Shown in pieces: positions 1 to 10,494 of a stretch of DNA of 64,000 bases. Both the position numbers and the translations under genes were made by a program. Source of the DNA: a virus; IMG/VR virus record IMGVR_UViG_3300030090_005562, positions 84,762 to 148,761 of that record. One strand, 5' to 3'. Position 1 is the first letter of the stretch; each line of letters opens with the position of its first letter. The notes below the pieces were generated by a model, which ran no database searches, had not been told where the DNA came from, and worked only from the letters and a program-made list of their open reading frames with translations.

Positions 1-1000
1 GGATTACTCTACGGTTGTCGAGAACGGCAAAGCCATGCTCAGCAAAACCATAGAATCCAGCTCTACGCTGACGATGGAGGTTCTCATCCTCGTAAACCTG
101 AACGTTTTCACGAACCGGACGCACAAACGAATCGTTTGAGCTGAGGTCCAATCCAACAAGAAGCTCAACATCAGAAGCCTGAAGACTTCCGCTGAGTTCA
201 TTCTTGAAGAAGTTCTGGTACTCTTGACCAACACCAAGCTCATCAATGTCTTGAATGTTGACAGAGAAAATACGATTGATGGTCGCTGCGCCATCTTCAG
301 CCGTGTAAATTTCACGACGAGTGATGTCGTCAACTTGGTCTACGCCCCAGTTACGAATATCTTCGATAGCTTCGGGCGAAACGTACAAGTCTGTCAATTT
401 GCCACGATTAATGCTGCTGGAGTTTCCACCACCATTACGTCTCATGACAGTCTTCAACAGAGACACGATTCTCTTCGTAAACTGACCAGCTGCTGCGTCA
501 GCGTCGTAAACCAAAATATTTCGGTCAACGCCAGCGGCAAGCAACGTGTGCCAAGCATCGTCATTAGTCTTCTTGACGAAGCTAGACTGTAAAACCTGAA
601 GCGCTCTACTGACGATATCCCAACGAGCGTCACGAGCGTAACGAAGCGTCCAGTCAATACTGGAAGCAATCTCGAAAGTAGGAATCATCACATAGTCACC
701 TTCCACATAACGCTCAGGAACACGACCATGATTAGGAACGCTGTAAGCAACGAAATCTTTTTCCGTGCCAGGAGCAAGAAAATCCAAAGGAAATTCTGGC
801 GTGGCGCCGGGTTCAAGATTGATAGTCTCAAAGATATTACCCGTAATATCTCCGCTCATCACGCCCTGACGCAGAGGCTGTTCAAGCGCAACAGCTAGCT
901 GATGCGTAGCCTCAAGCGAATCGGCTCGATTTGCAGAGCCGCTCTTCTTCAAAAGTGCGGTCATCTCTGGCGTAGGAGCGCTAATAATATTTCTACTCAT
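1..1000 (-). CDS. Major capsid protein (3' end runs off the window)
   Basis: Missing from the ORF track. Hand translation from ATG at 1000: MSRNIISAPTPEM...PEFPLDFLAPGTEKDFVAYSVPNHGRVPERYVEGD...SIDWTLRYARDARWDIVSRAL...LTDLYVSPEAIEDIRNW; open to position 1; SD GGAGA upstream; follows portal, scaffold and decoration genes. Confidence 0.88.
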   Translation of the reverse strand, partial: MSRNIISAPTPEMTALLKKSGSANRADSLEATHQLAVALEQPLRQGVMSGDITGNIFETINLEPGATPEFPLDFLAPGTEKDFVAYSVPNHGRVPERYVEGDYVMIPTFEIASSIDWTLRYARDARWDIVSRALQVLQSSFVKKTNDDAWHTLLAAGVDRNILVYDADAAAGQFTKRIVSLLKTVMRRNGGGNSSSINRGKLTDLYVSPEAIEDIRNWGVDQVDDITRREIYTAEDGAATINRIFSVNIQDIDELGVGQEYQNFFKNELSGSLQASDVELLVGLDLSSNDSFVRPVRENVQVYEDENLHRQRRAGFYGFAEHGFAVLDNRRVI

Positions 1001-1010
1001 TTTAGTTCTC

Positions 1011-1526
1011 CTATCTATTTGGATAATAATTAGCATCTGCTTGCGGTAGGTTTACATAAACCTTTGCATAACCGTCTTCATCTTTCAAACTTCCGAACTC
1101 ACCAATGACTTTACCACCGGTGCGATTCTGACGATTCAACAACGGCGAGGAATTAGTATTAGTAATAAGTCCGCTAGGACCAACAAACGCTAAATCGCCT
1201 GCTGCGATAGTCACGCCTGGGTCAATCTGGTTTGTAGTAACCCAACCCTTACGAAGCAGAGTTACCTTGCCGCCTTTTTGCATCTCATTCTTGTGGAAAT
1301 TGATGTGCTGACGAGTCTGGTCGATGTTGACCATATCGTTGAGCAGGATTCCAACCGGAGTAAGACCCGACTGGGCGGCTGCATATGTAACCAACGCGGC
1401 TGATTGGTCAAGAGCAGCACCAGAACCTGCAGTGCTAAGAGTAACGCAACCGCCACGTTCAGCAACTTCATTCAAGAAGAAGTCTGTGGTGGTTTCGAAC
1501 TCGTATCGGTCGCCTTTAAGTGCCAT
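1011..1526 (-). CDS. Putative capsid decoration/cement protein
   Basis: 171 aa, Gly/Ala/Thr-rich (GKVTLLRKGWVTTN, AGDLAFVGPSGLIT); lies between scaffold and major capsid genes. Confidence 0.6.
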   Translation of the reverse strand: MALKGDRYEFETTTDFFLNEVAERGGCVTLSTAGSGAALDQSAALVTYAAAQSGLTPVGILLNDMVNIDQTRQHINFHKNEMQKGGKVTLLRKGWVTTNQIDPGVTIAAGDLAFVGPSGLITNTNSSPLLNRQNRTGGKVIGEFGSLKDEDGYAKVYVNLPQADANYYPNR

Positions 1527-1540
1527 AATTTATTTCTCCT

Positions 1541-3214
1541 TTACGACTCTTTTTTATTGCCAGTGCCACTTAAAACTTCGTTAAAGTATTGATTCAAGCT
1601 AGCCACAATTTGCTCGCTCTCCTCTTCATTGGTAGCGGCAAGTGCTGCTGCCTCTGCTTCTACTTCAACGTTATCTAAGATTTCTGCATCCTCTGCCTCT
1701 TCGGCAAACTCTGCATAATCTTCGGAATCAGCCTTTGCTTCCTTCTTCTCTGCCATTTTTTTATAATGGCTAGGTGCCTCGGCCTTTTTCTCATCGCCTT
1801 TGTGTCCAGCCTTCTTGTAATGCATGGGTGCATCAGCTTTCTTCTCCTCATCCTTCTTTTTATGCATGGGAGCTTCAGCCTTCTCTTTGTCTTCCTTCTT
1901 CTTCTTTTCATCTTTGTCATGAAAAGGAGCTTCGGAAAGCTTCAGAACAAGAGCGTCAAACTGCTCATCGGTAATACCAGCGAAAGTTTCAACCAAAGAT
2001 TCAGCTTCAGTTTTTTCTACGCCGCTATCAACAAGAGCGCTAATACGACTGGTTTTCAAGCTTTCAGCTTCAATAGCATCAAGCTTTTCTGTTAATTCAG
2101 AAATCATTTTGTCAGCTTCCGCTTTCGCGGTAGAAACCTCATCATAAGCCTTCTTAGACTCCGTGAGAGTTTCACTGACAGCTTCAATTTTGGAGCTAAG
2201 TTCAGAAATTTCCGCGTCTTTGCCAGCACATGCTGCCTCAAACTCGGAGATTTGAGCCTGCACCTTCTCTTCATCCAAAGCTTTAAGTCGAGCTTCAAGT
2301 GTTTCAACCTGAGCCTTCAAAGCTTGGACTTGCTCATTGTTATCTGACATTGAGCTTTCTCCTTTACTACTAGTAACTAGTGCATTGAAATTTGGTTGTG
2401 ACGTAGCCACACCTTTAAAAATCTCATTATCTTCTCGCTTGAAAATAATAGACTCAGGATTGCCTGGATTTTCAACCAACCCTTTTCCACTAAAAGTCAT
2501 ATTCCTCATAAGTCTGCCAACCCTGCTGCCTTCATATTCACCAGCTCCGCCATAAGAGCGAAGATGCTTGCTCAGGAAAGCTGTGTCTTCATTTCTGTTG
2601 ACAATAGTTTGCTCTCCGCTAGCAGTCATTAAAGCATAGTCGAAATTTGAAAATAAAGCCTCCATTGAAACAAACCACTTTCCTTCTAAAATTTCTTGCA
2701 AAAGAGCTTTGGTAGCTAAACTCAATTTTTCATCTTTACTAGATATGTGCTTATAAATAACAGCACTAGTCAAGATATGAAACTTATCTGGAAGTGAATC
2801 AACTTCTGACTCTTCTCTAACTAGCTCATAGTTGTCATCAACTACAGCATTCCCAGTTATATGTCCAATGATAACATTGGGGTCATGCCCTTTATTAAAG
2901 GGCTTGTCCTCAGCAGTGCTTCTCGCAGACCATGTTTCGTAACTGTCAAAAACATCATCATTTCTATTCCATCCTGTAGTTGCTAGTATGGAATATATAT
3001 ATTCTAAATCAAACTGCTGTTGATTAGCTGCTTTGGATTGGTAGAATGAATCTACATCTTTAATCTTTGTTTGTTCTAACGCAGCAGCTGAAATTATATT
3101 TTTATCAGTAAATATTGGACAATAAGCCGCAACGGACCTATTCTCATCAGCTTGTATGGCTTCGGATAATCCAGCCTCAGCCTCAGCTTTATATACCGGT
3201 ATTTCTCTGTACAT
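1541..3214 (-). CDS. Putative prohead protease/scaffold fusion
   Basis: Globular N-half (WNRNDDVF, KPFNKGHD, VSMEALF, FSGKGLVENPGN) plus acidic coiled-coil C-half; between portal and capsid genes. Confidence 0.7.
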   Translation of the reverse strand: MYREIPVYKAEAEAGLSEAIQADENRSVAAYCPIFTDKNIISAAALEQTKIKDVDSFYQSKAANQQQFDLEYIYSILATTGWNRNDDVFDSYETWSARSTAEDKPFNKGHDPNVIIGHITGNAVVDDNYELVREESEVDSLPDKFHILTSAVIYKHISSKDEKLSLATKALLQEILEGKWFVSMEALFSNFDYALMTASGEQTIVNRNEDTAFLSKHLRSYGGAGEYEGSRVGRLMRNMTFSGKGLVENPGNPESIIFKREDNEIFKGVATSQPNFNALVTSSKGESSMSDNNEQVQALKAQVETLEARLKALDEEKVQAQISEFEAACAGKDAEISELSSKIEAVSETLTESKKAYDEVSTAKAEADKMISELTEKLDAIEAESLKTSRISALVDSGVEKTEAESLVETFAGITDEQFDALVLKLSEAPFHDKDEKKKKEDKEKAEAPMHKKKDEEKKADAPMHYKKAGHKGDEKKAEAPSHYKKMAEKKEAKADSEDYAEFAEEAEDAEILDNVEVEAEAAALAATNEEESEQIVASLNQYFNEVLSGTGNKKES

Positions 3215-3252
3215 ATTTTATATATCTCTGTTTTCAAAGATGCTTACAAATT

Positions 3253-3260
3253 TATACACC
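3253..3260 (-). promoter_or_regulatory. Putative late promoter GGTGTATA (scaffold/capsid operon)
   Basis: One of nine gene-junction copies. Confidence 0.7.
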
Positions 3261-3281
3261 ATTTTTAAAAATAGGATAAAA

Positions 3282-5456
3282 TTAGACGCATAACGCATAG
3301 GCTGCAGCCTGTATACTTCTAATTTCCTCTAAGGAAGGCTGTCTTTTTACGTTCTTTACATGGTGCGAAAGAAGAGAATTGTAGCATTTAAGTATGTGGG
3401 ATGAAATCTGGGGATTACTAGAAACTGTGTCAGATACGGTCTTTTGGGTTATAGGCGAGTTTTTTGGAAGAGAACAAAGGACTTTAAATTTCACAGATTC
3501 AAATGATGTAGCCTGCTCCGCAGATAAACTCCTTAGGTTTTTCTTCCCGTAATGCTTTAATATTCCAGGGGATAGTATTGATGATATTGAGGACTGATGA
3601 CTTCTAGCCAAAGCCATATTGTTTAAGAACTCGCTAACATCACCCGCTATTGTGGCAGAGGTTCTTGGTTTAAAAGAACGGTCTCTAACTATAGATGGGT
3701 CATCTTTAGTGTTTTTAGGGCGACCTTCACCAGGGACGCCAATCTCCTTATCGTCTACTTGTGGATTTACGGTGTTCATAGGCTCTGCATTCTCAGGCTC
3801 GGCCTTTTCTTCAACTTCAATTCCAGCGTCATCTGGTTCTATGAGGCCTTTTGATAATGCTATTTTAACCAGTTCATGTATTTTGTCTTTCGAGTAAGGA
3901 CCAAGCTTTTCAACTCTTCTTCCAGAGTCTCTTTCTCTTTTCTCTCTTTTCTTTCTGCTGTTTTCTAATTCAGGTATCGCACCAAACATCTCTATAACCA
4001 TTTCTTCGCTAACTAAGTTTCTGTCTAGCAGTTGAATAAGCAATGCTTTTTCTGCCGCTTCGTCTTTTAAAATCATGTGGTCAAACTGAATTGACGGAGC
4101 TTTGCCCCATCCCATTGCTTTTGTAAGAAGCTCTAGCTCTTGTTGCCAAAATTTAGTGACTTGCTGTCTTCCATACTCAAGCCTCTGAACAAGCGTTTGT
4201 AAAGATATAAAATTATTAGTCGCCCCAGAAGACCTTGAAGAGCCTGTTAATGTAGGGGGAACACCAAGGCCGCTAAATATATTGTCAAGAATGGGCTCGT
4301 ATTTCGTAGAGCCAAGAAAGTTGTGTACGGATGTAGTAACCTCCTCAAAGCTCAATTCAGGACCCCATATTAAATCAAAAGCGCCTCCTCCAGGATTGCT
4401 AAGCAGAATGTCTGCGAGCTTTTGTATAGCGGCGTCTGTTGGAAGTATTCCCTTGTCTAGGTCTCCAAGCCTCCATACTCTAATCTGAGATATTGCGCCG
4501 TCTAGTGCGGCTAAATCTGCAAGCTTCATCTTTTCTAAAACTGATAGGTCGTCAAGAATTGACTCAAGCATTGGAGACGCCCAAGCGTCCCAATCGTCTT
4601 TTTTGTAGCTGTACGAACTAATTTTAGAATTGTCTAGAGGAAGAACATTAACCCCTTTTCTGACAGCCTCTACAAGCTCTGCTGGAAGTTTTTCAACAAG
4701 AGTTTTCTCCATTTCATTTTTAGGAGATGTAATCTTCATTCTAAGCCTACCTGTAATTTTTAATCCGTAGGCTTGTGTGCCAGCAAACTGCGCAAGCTCT
4801 CCTCCAGCAATTTCAAGGGTTAAAGGATTAAGGAAAGAATAACCGCATGGTATAACTCTTTTTCTTGGCTTGAGCGGTTCCTCTGGTGTATGAGTCGGCT
4901 CTAAAATTGTATCAGCCATCGCAAGTCGTCTTTCCTCAGTGATAGACATCTTAGCCATTTGTCTTTGCGATACAACCGTGCCAATTCTATATAAATAATT
5001 CAAAAATCTTTCTGTAACTCTAACACCATCTACTTTGTGATTGAACCATCTCTGCGCAAATCTTTGTATTCTTTTATTTTCGTGAGAGACCCTAACTCCT
5101 TGACATCCAAAGTCTGCCATTAAATCTATTACATTTCTAACAATACCAACTTTTTTGTAGGCTGTATTACAGGCGCCCATTATAGCTTTAGCCCTAGCGG
5201 GACGAGCCTCAGAGTCTCTGTATGCGTCATAGTCGCTTCTAGAAAACTCATTCCTTACAGATATATTTTTGCTAATATCTTCAAATCTATCCCTAGCGCC
5301 AGAGTTTCCAACAGCTTGATACAAATCCAGGGCTCTAGCATTATGCATGGCATTTGCTGCTTCTTCAGGATTATTTGGGTCAAAAGTGACAAACGCAACC
5401 CCATTGTTGCTTTCTGGAATTTTATTAGTTTTTATAGGGTCTTTTCGCTGAGCCAT
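3282..5456 (-). CDS. Portal protein
   Basis: 724 aa directly downstream of terminase; GIVRNVIDLMADF, FSGLGVPPTL, LDRNLVSEE segments typical of large-phage portals. Confidence 0.8.
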   Translation of the reverse strand: MAQRKDPIKTNKIPESNNGVAFVTFDPNNPEEAANAMHNARALDLYQAVGNSGARDRFEDISKNISVRNEFSRSDYDAYRDSEARPARAKAIMGACNTAYKKVGIVRNVIDLMADFGCQGVRVSHENKRIQRFAQRWFNHKVDGVRVTERFLNYLYRIGTVVSQRQMAKMSITEERRLAMADTILEPTHTPEEPLKPRKRVIPCGYSFLNPLTLEIAGGELAQFAGTQAYGLKITGRLRMKITSPKNEMEKTLVEKLPAELVEAVRKGVNVLPLDNSKISSYSYKKDDWDAWASPMLESILDDLSVLEKMKLADLAALDGAISQIRVWRLGDLDKGILPTDAAIQKLADILLSNPGGGAFDLIWGPELSFEEVTTSVHNFLGSTKYEPILDNIFSGLGVPPTLTGSSRSSGATNNFISLQTLVQRLEYGRQQVTKFWQQELELLTKAMGWGKAPSIQFDHMILKDEAAEKALLIQLLDRNLVSEEMVIEMFGAIPELENSRKKREKRERDSGRRVEKLGPYSKDKIHELVKIALSKGLIEPDDAGIEVEEKAEPENAEPMNTVNPQVDDKEIGVPGEGRPKNTKDDPSIVRDRSFKPRTSATIAGDVSEFLNNMALARSHQSSISSILSPGILKHYGKKNLRSLSAEQATSFESVKFKVLCSLPKNSPITQKTVSDTVSSNPQISSHILKCYNSLLSHHVKNVKRQPSLEEIRSIQAAAYALCV

Positions 5457-5508
5457 TTTTATGTTCTTTCATTAGTATTGGTATTTGATTGGTAATACTA
5501 TTGTATGT

Positions 5509-5516
5509 TATACACC
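5509..5516 (-). promoter_or_regulatory. Putative late promoter GGTGTATA (portal)
   Basis: One of nine gene-junction copies. Confidence 0.7.
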
Positions 5517-5517
5517 A

Positions 5518-7563
5518 TTATTTTCTTCTTACCCCAATCCCGTATATCCCAGACATTTTTTTAATTAAATGCTCTGGTCCTGTATAAAGTTGCCCCTTTT
5601 TTGCGCCTCTGTCTTGATTCGCATACCCTCCGACAAACTTGTGTTCTTGGCCAGAAAGCTGGTTATGTAAAGTATGCGCAACCTCATTTGCCATGAGCAG
5701 TGACGAGTATCTATCTTTTCGGAGCCTTCCCTTTTTCCCTCCGGCCTCTACAGTCTGAGGGGTGTCCCATTTATCTCTACCGGTTGAGGTTTGAGTGTGT
5801 TCTATAGTCGCCAATTCGTCTTTCAAAGATTCTATTTCCATAACGCAATCTTCTAGAGTATCATAATGCCTGTTAGATAATTTGTCTTGGATTATTGCTT
5901 CTGAAAGCAGAACGGTATCAAATTTAGGGAATAGTAAACAGTTCGTTTCAAAGTCTTTTCTTAAATTGTGGTTTGCTTTAAATGTAAACTCAGATTTAGC
6001 AAATTGAATCATGTGCAATATGTGCAAACCAGCTTCGCCATCTGTAGGTTTATTTGAAGATTCCCAGTAAAAACCGTCTTTTTCATCATGCTTTACATAT
6101 GGCCAAAGAGGCTGTTCTCCGTCTTTCAGAAGATTCTTGTCGTGCAAAGCTTCCATGATTGCTATTCCGCCGCCCTGAGCATCAATGGCTATGTTATTTG
6201 TTGGAAATACTTTGGTTAAATCTAGTATTTTTCGAGCGCAGTAATTATAAAAACTTTCAAGCGTAGAGTCTTTTTTAGTTTTTATTCTTTCTCTCATCAC
6301 CTGTCGGCTGCAAGTCCAGACGTAAACTATTCTTCTGTGTGATTCATTTTGTTCTAGGATAACTATAGAAAAATTATCTGTTTCTGATGCGGGGTCAACA
6401 CCATATATGTATTTTTTATTTGGATTGCCCGTAAGCATGGCGTCAAATTGAACCTCATCTCCTGACGGTAAAGCTACCACTTCGTTTGTTACACATCTTT
6501 CTATTAGGCTTCTCTTAAAGAAACCCTCCGAGTCTTTTGCAAAACATGCCTCATATTCCATTTCATACCTTGATGAATGTAGCATAGCTTTGGCTTGTGC
6601 TAATTGAGATTTATCCATAAACCCATCAGGCAATAATCCTTCGGGTATTCTCATAACTGAGTATTGTTTCCAGTCAAAGCCATCTGGTATTTGACCTTTA
6701 AATACCTTTTCTTCTAAATATTTCTCGTCTCCCCTGCTTTTGACTATTTCCCTTTGTCTTGTGAAATATTCATAAAAATGATTAAAAGCATAATATGCAG
6801 TTCCAGCTATAATAGTTTGGTTTCCAAAGCCCATTTCATCTTCAATTTCTTCGGCCTGAGAATACATACCTAATTCTTTAAGCTTTTGTATTTGAGCGTA
6901 TTCCTTTACTCTGTCTGCTGGATTTGCTGACACCGCACCAAAACCCTTAATAACAACTTCAAAAATTTCCTGCGGAATAGATGCAAATTCGTCAGCTATA
7001 ATATAGTTTGCGCGAAGACCACGAATCTTAGAGCCATCACCAAGAGGTATTGCAATTATTTCGCTTTTTCCAACGTAAAATGTACATCGGTCTATATCTC
7101 TCTTTGGGCCCTGGCCTTTGCCCGCACCAACCATATTTGCAAATACAGGAGAATTTTTATAAAATGTCTCCATGTATTCAAACAAAAGTTTTGACTGCCT
7201 GAAAGCCGCACCAATTACGATAATTTTACAGCCTTGCATAAAAAACGCTCTAAGTAAAGAGTACAGCGCAAGAATCCAAGTTTTACCTGCTCCGCGAGTG
7301 GCTATTAACATTGGGAATTTTCTATTCCATAGCTCTTCAAGTATACACAATTGAAATGGTAAAAGGTCAACATTAAGTAGATATTTGCATGTGAACCAAA
7401 AGTTTTCTGGCTTAGACATGAAGTCTAAGTATTCCATGATAGGGTTATCATAGTCATGCTCTGGATTAATGAGTTTATTTTTAACATTGACGTTTTGAAC
7501 ATCGCCAAGGTTTAAATGCGCATGTCTTAAAAGATTTTCTATGTGTTCTTTACTTGTGTCCAT
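5518..7563 (-). CDS. terL: Terminase large subunit
   Basis: Walker A ATRGAGKT, Walker B IIADEFA, nuclease GVDPAS and KDRYSS; likely start ATG 7563 overlapping the upstream gene. Confidence 0.93.
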   Translation of the reverse strand: MDTSKEHIENLLRHAHLNLGDVQNVNVKNKLINPEHDYDNPIMEYLDFMSKPENFWFTCKYLLNVDLLPFQLCILEELWNRKFPMLIATRGAGKTWILALYSLLRAFFMQGCKIIVIGAAFRQSKLLFEYMETFYKNSPVFANMVGAGKGQGPKRDIDRCTFYVGKSEIIAIPLGDGSKIRGLRANYIIADEFASIPQEIFEVVIKGFGAVSANPADRVKEYAQIQKLKELGMYSQAEEIEDEMGFGNQTIIAGTAYYAFNHFYEYFTRQREIVKSRGDEKYLEEKVFKGQIPDGFDWKQYSVMRIPEGLLPDGFMDKSQLAQAKAMLHSSRYEMEYEACFAKDSEGFFKRSLIERCVTNEVVALPSGDEVQFDAMLTGNPNKKYIYGVDPASETDNFSIVILEQNESHRRIVYVWTCSRQVMRERIKTKKDSTLESFYNYCARKILDLTKVFPTNNIAIDAQGGGIAIMEALHDKNLLKDGEQPLWPYVKHDEKDGFYWESSNKPTDGEAGLHILHMIQFAKSEFTFKANHNLRKDFETNCLLFPKFDTVLLSEAIIQDKLSNRHYDTLEDCVMEIESLKDELATIEHTQTSTGRDKWDTPQTVEAGGKKGRLRKDRYSSLLMANEVAHTLHNQLSGQEHKFVGGYANQDRGAKKGQLYTGPEHLIKKMSGIYGIGVRRK

Positions 7564-8038
7564 ATTTTTGTTGAGACTCCATAAACCTCTTAAATATACT
7601 AGAACAAACTTCTTTAGCGTACTTGCCACAAAAGATAAATGGAACGTCGTATTTCTTTTGAAATTCTAGTATTCTCTTTAGGAAGAATGGTCCTCTCACT
7701 TTCATGTATTTTCTCTTATAGGCGGGTATTTTACTTCCTTTAGGAAATTCAACCACATCTTTCATTTCAAACTCTAACAATACATATCTCCATGGAAACT
7801 CTATCATTCTCTCAAGCTCTCTCTCAAACCTTGGTTGTGTTATGTTTGTTGCTAGCTCTGATACATTTCCTTTTCTCTCTATACATATATGATTTTCGTA
7901 TCCGTATAAAGTATAATCCCCAGTCTTTATGGTTTGCTCCTCTGTTCCGGCGCAATATCCAGACTGTGCAAATTCCCAGCCGTCTTTTTCTCTGGTATCC
8001 CTATAAACTAAATAAGGGTCGTATTTTTCTTTGGACAT
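7550..8038 (-). CDS. ERCC4-domain (XPF/Mus81-like) nuclease
   Basis: DTRE...GDY...IERK motif series, RFERELERM. Confidence 0.85.
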   Translation of the reverse strand: MSKEKYDPYLVYRDTREKDGWEFAQSGYCAGTEEQTIKTGDYTLYGYENHICIERKGNVSELATNITQPRFERELERMIEFPWRYVLLEFEMKDVVEFPKGSKIPAYKRKYMKVRGPFFLKRILEFQKKYDVPFIFCGKYAKEVCSSIFKRFMESQQKYGHK

Positions 8039-9075
8039 GATTCGTTTATGTCATGCTCTACCATTCTTTTAACCATTTCATTGAAGGGAGTTTCTACAGT
8101 CCATCCAATCTCATTTTTTGCCTTATTGGCGTCTCCATGTAAAAACTCTACCTCCGCAGGTCTATAAAATTTGGGGTCAACAACTACTAAGTTTTCCCAT
8201 TCTTTTATGCCTATAAAGTCAAAAGCTATTCTAACAAAATCCCTAACGGTTCTGCTAGTTCCGGTAGCTATAACATAATCCTCTGCTTGTTCTTGTTGTA
8301 ACATCATCCACATCGCCTTAACGTAATCAGGCGCATAGCCCCAATCTCTGGCCGCATCCAAATTTCCTAATCGCAGTTTTGGAAAGCTTTCCTCTGGGTT
8401 CATTACAGAAAGTATGTTGTCTGGGTCAGAGACTGCATCGAATGGCTTGTTCTCGCTAGCCATCCAGTTTCTAAATTCAGCTACCCATTTCGTAATCTTT
8501 CTGCTCACAAACTTCTCTCCTCTTCTCTCGCTCTCATGATTGAATAAAATACCACTGCAAGCATACATTCCATAAGCCTCTCTGTAGATTCTTACTTTGT
8601 GGTGTGAAGCAAGTTTTGCTATGGCGTATGGAGACTGAGGCTCAAATGGCGTGCTTTCTCTTTGATAGCCATCTGGGTCAACAGAGCTTCCAAACATTTC
8701 AGATGTGCTTGCCTGATAAAATTTAGCCTTAAAAGAGTGTCTTCTGACTGACTCAAGTATATTTAGTGGGCCTTCAGCGTCAACCCTCCATGTATGTAGA
8801 GGCTCATTGAACGATGTCGCAACATGAGACTGAGCCGCAAGATTGTAAACTTCGTCAGGCTGAAAGTCATTGATAATCGAAGAAACACTGATAAAATCAG
8901 TCACATCGCCTTCGACTAGGCTAAAACCATCATTTTGTTCTAGGTGTCGTAATCTTCCTGTGTTGTCTATGCTTGCTCTGCGAATAACGCCTAAAACTTT
9001 GTATCCTTTTTCTAAAAGAAGTTCGGATAGGTAAGAGCCGTCTTGTCCTGTAACCCCAAATATAATAGCTTTCAT
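8008..9075 (-). CDS. gmd: GDP-mannose 4,6-dehydratase
   Basis: GVTGQDGSYL, YNLAAQSHV, YQASTSEMFG, SPYAIAK, GILFNHES, LGNLDAARDWG. Confidence 0.97.
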   Translation of the reverse strand: MKAIIFGVTGQDGSYLSELLLEKGYKVLGVIRRASIDNTGRLRHLEQNDGFSLVEGDVTDFISVSSIINDFQPDEVYNLAAQSHVATSFNEPLHTWRVDAEGPLNILESVRRHSFKAKFYQASTSEMFGSSVDPDGYQRESTPFEPQSPYAIAKLASHHKVRIYREAYGMYACSGILFNHESERRGEKFVSRKITKWVAEFRNWMASENKPFDAVSDPDNILSVMNPEESFPKLRLGNLDAARDWGYAPDYVKAMWMMLQQEQAEDYVIATGTSRTVRDFVRIAFDFIGIKEWENLVVVDPKFYRPAEVEFLHGDANKAKNEIGWTVETPFNEMVKRMVEHDINESCPKKNTTLI

Positions 9076-9077
9076 TG

Positions 9078-9896
9078 TTAATCCTTTTGCTCGTCTTCAA
9101 GTTCCGCTTCTGGCGTAAGCCATACTTTGTCAACCTCTCCATCAGCAAAAACCATATTTTGCTTCATTTGTCCTTCTTTAGTTTTAGATGCCTCATAAAC
9201 CAAACCGGTCATTCTACCCTCTGTCTCGCGCATCTTTTGTTCATCCAGTAACTTGATGAGGGCAAATATATTTTTACCCGATTCTTCCACCGTCTTGAGC
9301 CTTTCATTTCTCGTGGCCTTCAGGTCTTTAAATTTACCATCCTTTGTTTTCTTAATTTCGTTTATCTCTTTTGTGTACGCTTCTGAGGTGCCGCGAAGTT
9401 GAACAATGGTGCGAAGTGCATTCGTCATAAAATCAGAGTCCCTGTCGTCCATGTCTTTTTCTCTCTCCTCGGCCAACAAACGCTCGTTCTCTTTTATTTC
9501 CTCTAATATGTTCTTCTTCTGTTCCAAAGCCCGGTGCAGCAATATGTCTTCAATTATAACATCCTTCATCATTATCTCGTCAGTCGCAGTTACGCCTTGA
9601 TGAAAGAATTGGGAATAGAGAGAGGCCCAGCTATTTTCAAATGTTTCTACCTCCTCATGAAGTAGGCTCTTTTTGATAGTCGTCCAGAAATGCTTAGAAT
9701 GAAGTTGGGAAACATAGCCCTGTAGCTCTGTGTTTGCGTTTTCTTGAGGGGCAACAGCCCTTCTTTGGGATATTGCCTCAACGCTTCTATCTAGCTTCTG
9801 CGCAATCTGCTCGTCAGTCATGTTGGACAGATTGGAGTCTATGAAAGATATCTCGTCTTTTCTAAGCCTGCCCGTCTTCATCTTCGCTCCATTCAT
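9078..9896 (-). CDS. HTH plus coiled-coil protein; candidate terminase small subunit
   Basis: N-terminal HTH-like MTDEQIAQKLDRSVEAISQRR; upstream in the packaging operon. Confidence 0.45.
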   Translation of the reverse strand: MNGAKMKTGRLRKDEISFIDSNLSNMTDEQIAQKLDRSVEAISQRRAVAPQENANTELQGYVSQLHSKHFWTTIKKSLLHEEVETFENSWASLYSQFFHQGVTATDEIMMKDVIIEDILLHRALEQKKNILEEIKENERLLAEEREKDMDDRDSDFMTNALRTIVQLRGTSEAYTKEINEIKKTKDGKFKDLKATRNERLKTVEESGKNIFALIKLLDEQKMRETEGRMTGLVYEASKTKEGQMKQNMVFADGEVDKVWLTPEAELEDEQKD

Positions 9897-10494
9897 AATG
9901 TTCAGACAGAATATTTTTTATTTCCTGCATAAGATTGTCTCTTTTGTTTTTTGGAAGCTTAACGCCATCAATAAACATTCTGTAATCGGACCTAATCGAA
10001 GCTGGAATATGCTCATTTAAAATCTTGATAATGTCTGATGATAAAAGCTTTTCGTTGAAATTAGAGACGAATGATGCATCTCTTGTGTGTATTTCGTCAA
10101 CGTCAAACGGCTCCATCAGACTTCTCTTTGCCATATTTCTCTGAACCCAGTTTGAGTATTTCTTACAGTCTAGTCTGTTGGCTGAGTCTTCTTTGCATAA
10201 TTTACAGTCACATAGAGGCGGCTCAATCCTCGTAAGGCTTTTCCTTCTCATGTTCAGAAACCTCCACCTGACATGAGTTTTTAGAAAAGTCAAAAGCGCG
10301 TCCTTTACATCGTCCTGATTTGATTTATTGAAATTGAATGACGGTAAGGCCTCGATGCAGAATATAGTGCCCTCCTGCTTCATGTCGTCTATATCAAAAT
10401 AGCCAAATTTGAAGCTGGGGGCTAAATATGCCACGGCCTTATCAATAACTTGTAAAACGTCTTCTTCAGTCAGTCCCTTGGGTATTTTCATCAA
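9862..10494 (-). CDS. Phage sigma70-family-like factor with Cys4 insert
   Basis: Region-2-like DIDDMKQEGTIFCIEALPSFN...LLTFLKTHVRWRFLNMRRK; CDCKLC...C. Confidence 0.65.
   Translation of the reverse strand: MMKIPKGLTEEDVLQVIDKAVAYLAPSFKFGYFDIDDMKQEGTIFCIEALPSFNFNKSNQDDVKDALLTFLKTHVRWRFLNMRRKSLTRIEPPLCDCKLCKEDSANRLDCKKYSNWVQRNMAKRSLMEPFDVDEIHTRDASFVSNFNEKLLSSDIIKILNEHIPASIRSDYRMFIDGVKLPKNKRDNLMQEIKNILSEHYEWSEDEDGQA

Noticed and set aside
4-669. ORF-track entries 4-333, 224-592 and 454-669
   Set aside because: Shadows of the major capsid gene in another frame
5518-7563. Intein or intron in terL (also checked the visible part of nrdJ)
   Set aside because: Frames are continuous, of normal length, and lack splicing motifs
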